This document shows, in pieces, positions 35,962-45,121 of a stretch of 64,000 nt of DNA. The notes under the pieces are model-generated. The model had not been told where the DNA came from. It saw only the letters and a program-made list of their open reading frames with translations, and searched no databases. Position 1 is the stretch's first letter, and the number at the start of each line of letters is the position of its first letter. The position numbers and the translations under genes were made by a program. The DNA is from Patescibacteria group bacterium (lineage in GTDB: Bacteria; Patescibacteriota; Saccharimonadia; Saccharimonadales; VXPC01): NCBI GenBank assembly GCA_039028495.1, contig JBCCHY010000001.1, forward strand, positions 3,528-67,527. Direction: 5' to 3'.

Positions 35962-37457
35962 TACACCTGCTAATCAGACTGAGATTCGTTATCCTAGGGC
36001 TTATCCTAGCGGGTATAGGCTTATTGATCACCAGTAGAATCAGCTTTATAAGCCTAGAGCTACCCAGTCCACAAGAGATCGAAACCACGGTCAGCCTGAC
36101 AGACAAGGGTAGCTTGAAGAATAGCCAAATCACTATACCTAGCGGATCAACAACAGCTCGAAGGCTAGTTTTCGGTAACAACTATCAACTCAGGCTGAGG
36201 TCCGGTGACCGTGCCTCTATAGAAGCTGTAGACACCAGGGGTTTTTTCCGAACGAGCTCCGTAACAGCCGATCTACGACAGAAGCCTTCTGTCGAGTTCA
36301 TCGCTAACAACCCGGGGCCCTGTTCATTTACCGAGTCAGGTGTCGTTTATAGCTACACCTGCGGCGGTAGTCTAGATACTATGAGTGTGCATATCCCCCC
36401 AGATGGTCAGCAGCCAGGATATGTCTCCGGTTACACCGGCTCAAATCCGTCCCTAGCAATCATTGATACAGCCACACTAAATGGTAAAACTATCCTGCAT
36501 CTAGAGTCGACCGACGGCGCCAAATACCTGGCAGAATTCGATTCAGGGAACGTTGCCGAGATCGCTGTAATCAACAACCTCAGTCAGCCTGAATACAGGC
36601 TGCTCGAACGGTCCAACGACATAGTTTTGTATTCTAGCAATCTAAGGCAGGTTTTGGTTTTTAATGATATTGGGTCGACCCCTAATCTACTCGCTATTCC
36701 CGAACCTAGCAATAAGACACTAGTCGGTCATGAGCTGAGACACTTGAACGATAGGCTGTTGGCAGTATACTCAGATGCCTTCAAAGATCAGGCTATTGGT
36801 GACTCTGATGTGAATAGCGGAGAGCTAGGGGACAATAGAGGAGAATCTGAGCTAATAGTGTTCGGCGGTGGCGAAGAAATCAGGCTCCCTCTGGATCAAA
36901 CAAGGGTAGACGTCGGTTTCTGTTCTGGCAGTCTTATTTGTGTACATACAGGTGGACAGCTAGATGTCTACAGGCTTAGTAACAATTCGATACAAAAAGC
37001 TACCGACTACACAGGTGTCGAAGATATGGCCTATACAGCCTCAGGCGGATACATACTATTCGCCCAGCAAATCGCACTCCTCGATGAAGATAGCGCTTCG
37101 GTACATGAAGTTATCTCGAACAGTGCTGGATTTTGTGGGATACATCAAAATGACTCAGTACTGAGTGTATGCACAACTGTACGCGGCAGAAAACACCTGG
37201 TGAGACTGGTAGAGTCTAGCAGCTACGATAGGATCATTGAAGCGTATCAAACACTTAGCATTAGTCCCGATATTGACAGCCTAAGCATCCATAAAAACAC
37301 AATTCACATATCTCCGATCAGAGCAAAAACAGTTCAAGACCCTGGCTCTCGTTTTTCTGGACAAGACCCAGTTGAGCGAGCAGAGATACGCTCTAGGGTT
37401 GAGGCTGCCATCCAGAACGCTGGCATACCGTCTGACTATGAGGTCTATATACTCTAG
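35946..37457 (+). CDS. Hypothetical N-terminally anchored extracytoplasmic protein (T4SS-locus associated)
   Basis: 503 aa; single N-terminal TM (FVILGLILAGIGLLI); overlaps previous gene by 16 nt. Confidence 0.45.
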   Translation: MYQRMIHLLIRLRFVILGLILAGIGLLITSRISFISLELPSPQEIETTVSLTDKGSLKNSQITIPSGSTTARRLVFGNNYQLRLRSGDRASIEAVDTRGFFRTSSVTADLRQKPSVEFIANNPGPCSFTESGVVYSYTCGGSLDTMSVHIPPDGQQPGYVSGYTGSNPSLAIIDTATLNGKTILHLESTDGAKYLAEFDSGNVAEIAVINNLSQPEYRLLERSNDIVLYSSNLRQVLVFNDIGSTPNLLAIPEPSNKTLVGHELRHLNDRLLAVYSDAFKDQAIGDSDVNSGELGDNRGESELIVFGGGEEIRLPLDQTRVDVGFCSGSLICVHTGGQLDVYRLSNNSIQKATDYTGVEDMAYTASGGYILFAQQIALLDEDSASVHEVISNSAGFCGIHQNDSVLSVCTTVRGRKHLVRLVESSSYDRIIEAYQTLSISPDIDSLSIHKNTIHISPIRAKTVQDPGSRFSGQDPVERAEIRSRVEAAIQNAGIPSDYEVYIL

Positions 37458-37525
37458 ATTGACCATCTGACAGTTGTTGATAACACCTTTTATGGGTACA
37501 CGGAACTTGTTAAACTGTTAGGACT

Positions 37526-38491
37526 ATGTGGGAAGCATTAGTAGTAAAACCAATCGTCAATGTCCTAATAGCGATCTATGCGCTGATTCCTGGGCATAGT
37601 TTTGGGCTGGCTATAATTCTGTTCACCATTCTGGCCAGAGTCCTGCTTTATCCAATCGTAAAGAGGCAGCTCCACCACAGTAAAGCCCTACGAGAACTCC
37701 AGCCAGAGATTCAGGAGATCAAGAAAAAACACAAAGATGACCGTACTGCCCAAATGATGGCCATCAGCGCTCTGTACAAGCAACGAGAAGTCAGACCAGC
37801 AGCCGGTATAGGCTTCGCGCTGCTGCAGATACCCATTTTTCTTGCCCTCTATCAGGGAATAAACCGCATCATGAATGAGCCGCAAGAGATCATCGACACG
37901 TCATATCAATTCGTGCGTGATCTGCCCTGGATGCAGGATCTATCTGCAAACATTGCGCTGTTTGACACTGACTTTTTCGGTATTTTGGACCTGGGTCGTA
38001 GACCGTTTGATGACAGTACGCTCTATATTCCCGGCCTGATACTAGTATTTCTGACGGCCTATGTGCAGTTTATTTCTAGCAAGCAGATGCTCGCCAGCCA
38101 GGGCGAACGCAAGTCACTACGACAAATATTCAAAGACCAGGCAGATGGTAAAGAAGTAGACCAAGCAGAGGTCAGTGCAGCTACAGCAGGTGCCATGCCT
38201 TACATGATTCCCGGCATCATACTGCTCGTGTCCCTCGGGTTCGTGGCCGCACTACCGCTCTACTGGCTAACGAGCGGGGTTATCGGCTACTACCAGCAGC
38301 GTAGAGTTCTAAATATGGACGTCGACGAAGCTCTCGCTATTTCGGAGGAGAAGCAAAACAAACCAAAAAAGCTCAACGCCAAAGAGAAAAAGGCCGTAGG
38401 CTCAAGTGAACAAGAGGCGGCCAACAAAAAACCCAAAAAAATGAACGCCAAACAAAAACGCGAAGCCATGCGTAAGAAAGCAAAGAAATAG
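37526..38491 (+). CDS. yidC: Membrane protein insertase YidC (short Oxa1-like form) with Lys-rich C-tail
   Basis: 321 aa; YidC/Oxa1 core helices (LAIILFTILARVLLYPI...QMMAISALYKQREVRP...LLQIPIFLALY), C-terminal KKPKKLNAKEKK tail. Confidence 0.8.
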   Translation: MWEALVVKPIVNVLIAIYALIPGHSFGLAIILFTILARVLLYPIVKRQLHHSKALRELQPEIQEIKKKHKDDRTAQMMAISALYKQREVRPAAGIGFALLQIPIFLALYQGINRIMNEPQEIIDTSYQFVRDLPWMQDLSANIALFDTDFFGILDLGRRPFDDSTLYIPGLILVFLTAYVQFISSKQMLASQGERKSLRQIFKDQADGKEVDQAEVSAATAGAMPYMIPGIILLVSLGFVAALPLYWLTSGVIGYYQQRRVLNMDVDEALAISEEKQNKPKKLNAKEKKAVGSSEQEAANKKPKKMNAKQKREAMRKKAKK

Positions 38492-38501
38492 GGAGCGACC
38501 A

Positions 38502-38945
38502 GTGAAAGACGCAGCAGCATTCGCCCAGAAATATACCGAAGATCTGATGAGTTTTTTTGGTCTCAATGTTCCTGTTGAAACCGTAATCGAAAACGACATC
38601 ATCAAGCTCTCCGTTCCAGCCAACGATATCAGCGGCTCGCTGATAGGGACCAAAGCCGACACATTAATCGCATTTCAGAACATCATCAACTCAGCCCTAC
38701 GCTCTCAGGGCCATGATGTGCGCGCAAATCTCGACATCGCTGGCTACAAGCGTGATCGACAGGCTAAATTGGCGGAGAAAGCCAAGCACTGGGTAGAGCG
38801 GGCAGTCGAAAAGGGCGAGGATCTAGAGCTCAATCCTATGAATTCAGCCGACCGCCGAGTCGTCCACCAGGTTGCATCGGATATGGGTATTCAGACCGAG
38901 TCTATTGGTGAAGGCCGCGAGAGAAGAGTACTGCTCAAACCCTAA
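38502..38945 (+). CDS. jag: Jag/KhpB RNA-binding protein (KH plus R3H domains)
   Basis: 147 aa; immediately downstream of yidC (conserved synteny); R3H-like C-terminus RRVVHQVASDMGIQTESIGEG. Confidence 0.75.
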   Translation: MKDAAAFAQKYTEDLMSFFGLNVPVETVIENDIIKLSVPANDISGSLIGTKADTLIAFQNIINSALRSQGHDVRANLDIAGYKRDRQAKLAEKAKHWVERAVEKGEDLELNPMNSADRRVVHQVASDMGIQTESIGEGRERRVLLKP

Positions 38946-39016
38946 AACAACACTTTGCCTGAGATGTAAAGTCTTCAAAACTGGCTACACACTACTGTCA
39001 TCAGTATACTGATCGT

Positions 39017-40069
39017 ATGAAGATTCATTCAGTGAGAATGCAAAATGTGCGGGGGCACAATGATCTCAGCCTCGAGTTTGTTGATGGGGTTAATGTGCTG
39101 GTAGGTCCAAATGCCTGCGGTAAAACAACAGTGCTTGAGTCGCTGTCTATGGGTTGCACCGGCAAAAGCCCGGGTACTAAGCCGTCCGAAATGCTGCAAA
39201 ACGATGCCAGCTGGATGCGGATCGATATTTCTACAGACACTGATGCACGTATCGTCCGCTACCAGCCAGAAAAAAGCCAGACTAGAACAATAGAGATAGA
39301 CGGCAAACAACAGACCAGACTAAAGCACTCCCACATAGCGCCCATTGTCTGGTTTGACCCTGAGCAGCTACGCCTGCTACGCGGATCGCCTGCAAGAAGA
39401 CGAGAATACATGGACTACGTATTGTCCCAGCTGGACCCAAACTACAGTACACACCTGTCGCGTTACAGCAGGGCCCTGCGTCAACGTAACGCACTGCTCA
39501 AATCTGCCAACCCTACCAGAGATGCGCTCTTTGTCTGGAATGTGCGCCTCAGTGAGCATGGTGACTATATTCACAGCTCCAGGAAAAAACTAGTTGAAGA
39601 CATCACCGGTAGTATCGAGCAGAAATATCTCGACCTCTCGGGTACTACAAAAAGTATCTCGCCCATGTACCAGGCGCTGGAGGCAAAAGGCAGCTACTCA
39701 GAAAACCTCCTTAAGAGTCTCGAGAGCAGCTATGACCGAGATCGAGCCATCGGCCATACTACAGCAGGCCCGCACAGAGACGATCTATTATTCGGGGACG
39801 ATTCTGGTCAGGCACTCGGTCTGTCGGCATCTAGGGGCGAAGTCCGCACATTGGTTCTGGCTCTTAAGCTACTCGAGGTGGAGCTACTAGAGAGTGCCTT
39901 CAGTAGCAGTCCCTTACTGCTATTTGACGATGTATTCTCAGAGCTAGACGGTGCCCGCAGACAAGCATTCGTATCCGCACTATCCCATCTACAAACCATC
40001 ATAACTACTACAGATGCAGACATAGTGACCAAAGATTTCGCACGTAAAGCCAATATCCTCGCCATCTAG
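39017..40069 (+). CDS. recF: DNA replication and repair protein RecF
   Basis: 350 aa; Walker A GPNACGKTT, signature/Walker B LLLFDDVFSELD. Confidence 0.85.
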   Translation: MKIHSVRMQNVRGHNDLSLEFVDGVNVLVGPNACGKTTVLESLSMGCTGKSPGTKPSEMLQNDASWMRIDISTDTDARIVRYQPEKSQTRTIEIDGKQQTRLKHSHIAPIVWFDPEQLRLLRGSPARRREYMDYVLSQLDPNYSTHLSRYSRALRQRNALLKSANPTRDALFVWNVRLSEHGDYIHSSRKKLVEDITGSIEQKYLDLSGTTKSISPMYQALEAKGSYSENLLKSLESSYDRDRAIGHTTAGPHRDDLLFGDDSGQALGLSASRGEVRTLVLALKLLEVELLESAFSSSPLLLFDDVFSELDGARRQAFVSALSHLQTIITTTDADIVTKDFARKANILAI

Positions 40070-40078
40070 CACCCTAAA

Positions 40079-40128
40079 CCAAAAAGGTGAAAAAACGAGA
40101 CGATCGTCTCGTTTTTTCACCTTTTTGG
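40079..40128. repeat. 50-bp perfect palindrome (copy 1) between convergent recF and rnpA; probable bidirectional terminator
   Basis: CCAAAAAGGTGAAAAAACGAGACGATCGTCTCGTTTTTTCACCTTTTTGG is its own reverse complement; 44-bp core identical to 44807-44850. Confidence 0.8.
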
Positions 40129-40138
40129 TTTTAGCTGT

Positions 40139-40480
40139 TTAGGTAGACTTCAGGTCTTCTATAGCTGGCAGGAGCGATCTCTCTAGCTCTGTATGATCAA
40201 CCGTAGATACACGCTCATCGTGCACTATTATCGCTATATCTAGATTGGGCATACCGTCGATGTTTTTTCGTATAAGTTCATATATGCGTCTACGTATGCG
40301 GTTGCGAGTAACCGCGCTCTTTGCAACCTTTTTACTGACAATTACAGCTAGGCGGTAGTTCTTTCGTTTTGGATTCTGGACGTATTTAACCGTGGCATAC
40401 TTTGTGCGTGTGCCTTTGCCGTGCCTAAACAGATACTTTAGGCTGCCATGCCCATGAAAACGAAATGTGTTGCTTATCAT
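40139..40480 (-). CDS. rnpA: Ribonuclease P protein component
   Basis: 113 aa; basic RnpA pattern (RLAVIVSKKVAKSAVTRNRIRRRIYEL). Confidence 0.8.
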   Translation of the reverse strand: MISNTFRFHGHGSLKYLFRHGKGTRTKYATVKYVQNPKRKNYRLAVIVSKKVAKSAVTRNRIRRRIYELIRKNIDGMPNLDIAIIVHDERVSTVDHTELERSLLPAIEDLKST

Positions 40481-40557
40481 TAGACCATAGTATATCCCGA
40501 AATGATGGTAGCTGGTTACGCTTGTCTTTTAAATCTTATGTGTTGTACATTTACTGT

Positions 40558-41433
40558 ATGAATACCCTTCTAATCGAAAGATGCTTGAATAGAGCAACCG
40601 TGGACGGACATAACGCGGCTGTTGCTAACAGACCACTGACAGGTATTGAGCTAATGATGCTTCAACCATCACAGGTCCCAGAAGAAAGACTTGCTGCTGT
40701 ACGAGACGCCATATCGAGAACACCAAGACATATTGCTGGTATTGTTCTTGGTAATCCTTTTTATTTTGATGTTATGAAGATAGACGGTGTAGATACGAAT
40801 ACGTCTGCGTGTCGACCACCCCTAATTGATGTTCTGACTAGATCTAGTGACGGGTGGCAAGGACACTACTGCCAACCAAAAGCAATCGAAAACCTAGCAA
40901 GAAGCGCCGGCTATACCCCCGACTCTCACACCAATATAGTCGTTGCCGGCCATACAACCGCGACGTGCAGTGCGGTTATCGCTCTGGCGCGCAGGACATC
41001 ACAAACGCATCTTGTCAGTCTTGCCAGAGACCCTTTCAGAGAACTAAACAGGTTTTCTCGAAAAACCGGACGTGAAGCTAAGCTGCATCACGGAAAAAGG
41101 GCATCTGCCGAGTTAGCGCGCACGCTCACCATGCCTGCTGTAGTCGTAATTGAAACCTTTGATAAACCAGACTCCGAAGACTATGCCGAAAGGGTGCTTC
41201 CAGACGAATCGCTTCGTGATCTACCGGATGGCTCAATAGTGATTGATGTTGGCTCTCATTCAAAGAGACGGGCCTTGACCGAGAGAGTAGAAGAATTTGA
41301 CCATCTATCTATTTGCGGAGGCGTAGAGTTTACAGCTAGGCTAATTCTAGCTCAGGAGAAAACAATTCACGGCGGCAAAATCCCCTTTATGCCCATCCTA
41401 GAAGCCATAACAAACGACAAGAGTGAGTACTAG
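40558..41433 (+). CDS. Hypothetical protein lying between rnpA and rpmH (ORF track start 40465; ATG 40558 more plausible)
   Basis: ~291 aa from MNTLLIERC; weak resemblance to cysteine-hydrolase-like motif (NIVVAGHTTATCSAVIALAR); function unknown. Confidence 0.4.
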   Translation: MNTLLIERCLNRATVDGHNAAVANRPLTGIELMMLQPSQVPEERLAAVRDAISRTPRHIAGIVLGNPFYFDVMKIDGVDTNTSACRPPLIDVLTRSSDGWQGHYCQPKAIENLARSAGYTPDSHTNIVVAGHTTATCSAVIALARRTSQTHLVSLARDPFRELNRFSRKTGREAKLHHGKRASAELARTLTMPAVVVIETFDKPDSEDYAERVLPDESLRDLPDGSIVIDVGSHSKRRALTERVEEFDHLSICGGVEFTARLILAQEKTIHGGKIPFMPILEAITNDKSEY

Positions 41434-41540
41434 CGAGCAAAGATTTATGTATACGTGTCTTTAAGTAATTACTTGCTCATTACTTAAAGAATCCGCTTTC
41501 GGTGGGAGGATCACCTGAGAAATCTATGATTTCCCGGCGT

Positions 41541-41568
41541 CTAAGGAGGGAGGTGCCCTCCCTCCTTA
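41541..41568. terminator. Perfect 12-bp-stem hairpin (TAAGGAGGGAGG-TGCC-CTCCCTCCTTA) immediately 3' of the rpmH stop
   Basis: Inverted repeat seen directly in sequence between convergent ORF 40558-41433 and rpmH; no clean U-run, so terminator function is uncertain. Confidence 0.4.
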
Positions 41569-41706
41569 CTAGGCAGAGATTTTTTTGCGGCCCTTTAAGC
41601 GGCGGCGCTTGAGCACTTTTTTACCAGCGCGGTTCTTCATCCGAGCAAAGAAGCCGTGATTTCTGGCTCTTTTACGCTTTTTGGGCTGGAATGTCCTTTT
41701 TGGCAT
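41569..41706 (-). CDS. rpmH: 50S ribosomal protein L34 (not in ORF track because <60 aa)
   Basis: Reverse-complement translation [45 protein letters not shown]; classic L34. Confidence 0.8.
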   Translation of the reverse strand: MPKRTFQPKKRKRARNHGFFARMKNRAGKKVLKRRRLKGRKKISA

Positions 41707-41768
41707 GATTTTCTTTCAATATTTGATTCGGGCGATAACTATACCAGAGGTGTAACAGATTGACAAAT

Positions 41769-44186
41769 CTACCCTAGATGCAGGTAGTAGATATGTCTGC
41801 CGGATGAAATCATTTTGTGAACCGAGATTATCCAGCGCTGGCTGTCACCTGCCGGCTCAACCAGCCCTAGTCCCTGGTATTCAGCTGAATCTTCTGTAAC
41901 CCGATACACAGGTAACAGGGGCGGATCTATAGCGACCGGGATGAGGCGTGCAGCCTGAGCCTGACTCTCTGTGAGAAATACTTTTGGCTCTAACGGCTGT
42001 GGACTTGTCGGTACCCTGACCGTCCCTCCAGGGCCAATCAGCACGACCTCTACATCGTCTAGTGTTAAACCCTCTACCTCAATCCCTGCAGATTCTGCTG
42101 GCAAGCTAACGATGTGCTGGCCATCCTGCTCAATTTGTAGCCAATCAACATCGACTAGGCCGTCCCACTCGATACGTAGCCCATCTTTTGTTTCTATCGA
42201 AGTGATGTCGGCACTAGGCGGTAACACATCAGTAACTGTCGAATCCGTACCAACCTCGACAACTATCCGCTCCCGCGATGCTGTCCCGTCATGTGATGTA
42301 GCCTGAGCCGTAATCTCGTACTGACCCTCGTTCGCTGCAATAAACACGACTGAATCTGATTCTATTTCATACACGCCATCGCCGCTCAGATCCCATTCAA
42401 TCCTGTCAATAAAACTATCTGGATCAGTTGCATCAACCAGTAGCTCTAGCTGTTGCCCCGGCACTACGACATACTCGCCTGAACTACTGGTATGGATAGG
42501 GGCCAGCCTGATATCAATCTCTGGGGCATTAATGCTACCAATTAGCACATCGTATAGCTCATGATTGCCCCGATATTTAGGATATATCTCGCTAACATGA
42601 CCGCAGGCTCCGTCAGCGATCGTCTCATGAAACTTACGGGCCTGAGCTAGATGATACGGGGCCAGAACATCTGAACTATCTAGTAGTGTCGGATAAAACA
42701 CTGGAATGATACAGACACCCTTGTCATTAGCGGCTTGCAGCACATCCTGGATGCTTACTCCCGTGGTGTTCTCGGGGCTTGTGCTGTAGGAGTTTGTGAA
42801 ATAGACGATCGTATTGCTGCTCAGCCCTAACCAGTCGGCGTTATTGACAGTGTCAAGCAGGACACCTAGGTTGCTGTCTGGCAGATCACGCCCACCACCA
42901 GAGAAAGACCTCAGTGTGTATTGGCCAACATAGGCCTGAATAGGGCTGTAGTCAGTCAAACGTTGCCTGTAGACATCACCGGATAGATCAAGCGGCATCT
43001 CCCAGCTGGGTATGGACTCATCTCCTGATGAATACTCGTTATAGACCACCAAACCTGCTCTAGCGAGCGGCCTAGACTCAGTGATTTTTCTAAAGCTTTC
43101 GTTCAGCGTAAAACGAGAGCCGCCGAGCAGCACTTTGTCCATATTGGCCGTTGTATCGAACATCAACATAACATCGCCAGCAAAGCCGACATCTCTGCCG
43201 TTTATAGGCACACTGCTACGACGCAAATCCGGATCGGCTCCACTTAAATCTGCTAGGCGGGACTGAGTGCTTAGCACCATTTCCACCGCTGATTCGGCGA
43301 TATACTCGTCTTTATATTTATTGACGTGGGCATCGGCTGGATTTTTCTTGCTAGTGTAGGGACTAACCCCATTACAGATAATATCCGCCCGGTCACACCA
43401 ACTAGTAAATTTGCCCAGCAGCACATCCGGCACATATGGGTCGCGAGCACCCAGCGACGGAAACCCAAGGCCCGATGTCTTGCCACGAGCATAGGGTTGT
43501 TTGGGGTTGCCACCGCCGAAACCTGTGTACAGATTAGCTCTCGGGTCTCCATATAGGGCAACATGAGCGAGCCGTTCGATCAGCGGGTCCAGACCATCCT
43601 CATGCATCTGCCAAAGTGCCGTTCCGACAACATCTGCTCCTTGAGAATACCCACCTAGATATATCAGCTGATTGGGGCAGCGCTGCATATGCTCCTCGAG
43701 GAATCCAGCTAACTCTATCGCCCCATTGTATACAGATCCGCCGTATTCGCTCTGGCCTGAACCACGGTGCACAAATGCTCCGATACCCTCAGGAGTCGGT
43801 ATGGTTACGAACGGCAATCTATCAGTGACCACGCCAATTGCCTGGTATCCGTGCTGGCTATACTTGTGAGGGAAATTCTGCAGCGTCAACCGATCAATCC
43901 GTAAATTTTCATGTCCATTCGCATGAATCTGCTCCTCAAGTTTTTCGAAGAACCTAAAAGACTCGGGTTCAAAATCAAAAAGACTATCCTGATCAAAGTT
44001 ATTGGGATTGCCCGCGCCACCATTCTGTCCAGACCCTCGTATAAATAAGGCCAGAACATCCTCACAAGGTCTCTCAGACACGATGTTGCTATCTAGTATT
44101 GTTTGCTCCACAGCCTCGGTAGCGCGATAGCTTAATGGACCCAATACAAGCACGCAGAAACCCACCAGCACTAAGCTATATCTCAT
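41769..44186 (-). CDS. Secreted multidomain protein: cutinase-like serine esterase domain plus C-terminal PKD/Ig-like domains
   Basis: 805 aa; signal peptide; GYSQGA nucleophile elbow (cutinase-type GxSxG); C-terminal beta-rich region IEWDLSGDGVYEIESDSVVFIAANEGQYEITAQATSHDG (PKD-like). Confidence 0.5.
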   Translation of the reverse strand: MRYSLVLVGFCVLVLGPLSYRATEAVEQTILDSNIVSERPCEDVLALFIRGSGQNGGAGNPNNFDQDSLFDFEPESFRFFEKLEEQIHANGHENLRIDRLTLQNFPHKYSQHGYQAIGVVTDRLPFVTIPTPEGIGAFVHRGSGQSEYGGSVYNGAIELAGFLEEHMQRCPNQLIYLGGYSQGADVVGTALWQMHEDGLDPLIERLAHVALYGDPRANLYTGFGGGNPKQPYARGKTSGLGFPSLGARDPYVPDVLLGKFTSWCDRADIICNGVSPYTSKKNPADAHVNKYKDEYIAESAVEMVLSTQSRLADLSGADPDLRRSSVPINGRDVGFAGDVMLMFDTTANMDKVLLGGSRFTLNESFRKITESRPLARAGLVVYNEYSSGDESIPSWEMPLDLSGDVYRQRLTDYSPIQAYVGQYTLRSFSGGGRDLPDSNLGVLLDTVNNADWLGLSSNTIVYFTNSYSTSPENTTGVSIQDVLQAANDKGVCIIPVFYPTLLDSSDVLAPYHLAQARKFHETIADGACGHVSEIYPKYRGNHELYDVLIGSINAPEIDIRLAPIHTSSSGEYVVVPGQQLELLVDATDPDSFIDRIEWDLSGDGVYEIESDSVVFIAANEGQYEITAQATSHDGTASRERIVVEVGTDSTVTDVLPPSADITSIETKDGLRIEWDGLVDVDWLQIEQDGQHIVSLPAESAGIEVEGLTLDDVEVVLIGPGGTVRVPTSPQPLEPKVFLTESQAQAARLIPVAIDPPLLPVYRVTEDSAEYQGLGLVEPAGDSQRWIISVHKMISSGRHIYYLHLG

Positions 44187-44237
44187 GCTATCTATACTAG
44201 CTAGAAACCACCATCATATGATTTAGGTTTGTGTTAA

Positions 44238-44750
44238 TTAATCCCTGGTGTTCTTAGAGCTTCTAATGGAGAGTTTGTAGTGGCTGTCATCATAAAAAGA
44301 GACGGACAGGTCTAGTTCATATCTACCAGATGTTGTGGTAATCCTACAAGTAGTTTGAGCACCTATATCGTCACAGCCGTTGGTAGTGCTGTCCACTACA
44401 TTGCTATATTGATTTTGCTGAGAAAAAGCACTCATATAGTCTTCTGGCTTACCTACTGTTGAAACGGACACTTTATATGTCTCACGATAAAAAGGGCACT
44501 CGCCGCCTCCAATGAAGGGACAGAATATACCGAAGCGTCCGCGCTCTTCACTGGTGCTGATTAGCTCCCAGTCAGCTGGTATTTCAAAGCTCTGGAGCTT
44601 GTTGCGGACTAGCCAGAACACCGGCGCACGGGTACCTAGTGTGTGGTTGTAAATAGTCGCGAACACGAACCAGGCTAGCAGAATCAGCGGTAGCCTCTTC
44701 AACCATTCTCTTGTCGTCCATTTCAGAGGGTTAGAGATCCATGTTTTCAT
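44238..44750 (-). CDS. Hypothetical membrane-anchored protein
   Basis: 170 aa; one TM (LPLILLAWFVFATIY), Cys-containing ectodomain. Confidence 0.4.
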   Translation of the reverse strand: MKTWISNPLKWTTREWLKRLPLILLAWFVFATIYNHTLGTRAPVFWLVRNKLQSFEIPADWELISTSEERGRFGIFCPFIGGGECPFYRETYKVSVSTVGKPEDYMSAFSQQNQYSNVVDSTTNGCDDIGAQTTCRITTTSGRYELDLSVSFYDDSHYKLSIRSSKNTRD

Positions 44751-44806
44751 ACCCCAATACTACCAAAGATAGTCGCTACAACATGAATCTATAATCAAAC
44801 CATAAC

Positions 44807-44850
44807 AAAAGGTGAAAAAACGAGACGATCGTCTCGTTTTTTCACCTTTT
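44807..44850. repeat. 44-bp perfect palindrome (copy 2), identical to the core of 40079-40128, upstream of dnaA
   Basis: AAAAGGTGAAAAAACGAGACGATCGTCTCGTTTTTTCACCTTTT. Confidence 0.8.
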
Positions 44851-44949
44851 TTAGTGATTAGCACAGGTATCTTTCTTCCGCAATAGAATCTTGGGGATAG
44901 TTGTAGAATTTGCGTCGGCTTTTGCCCTGAAAATGACGAGTTTATACAC

Positions 44950-45075
44950 ATTTGTAGCCAAGTAGTCCACAGATTTACCTCTGTTAATTATTCTGTGTGG
45001 AAAAAAGCTAAAGTGTTTTGTGTTTTTTAGGTAAATAAACATTGACGGACTTTTTCCTGTGGAAAAGTCTGAAAT
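44950..45075. promoter_or_regulatory. DnaA-box-like motifs upstream of dnaA (candidate oriC part / dnaA autoregulation)
   Basis: AGTCCACAG (~44961), TGTGTGGAAAA (~44994), CTGTGGAAAAG (~45058): TGTGGA/TCCACA cores of the TTATCCACA consensus. Confidence 0.45.
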
Positions 45076-45121
45076 CAAGGTGTATATTTATGGCTAGATT
45101 ACGAGGTAAAAGGGGTAGTAA

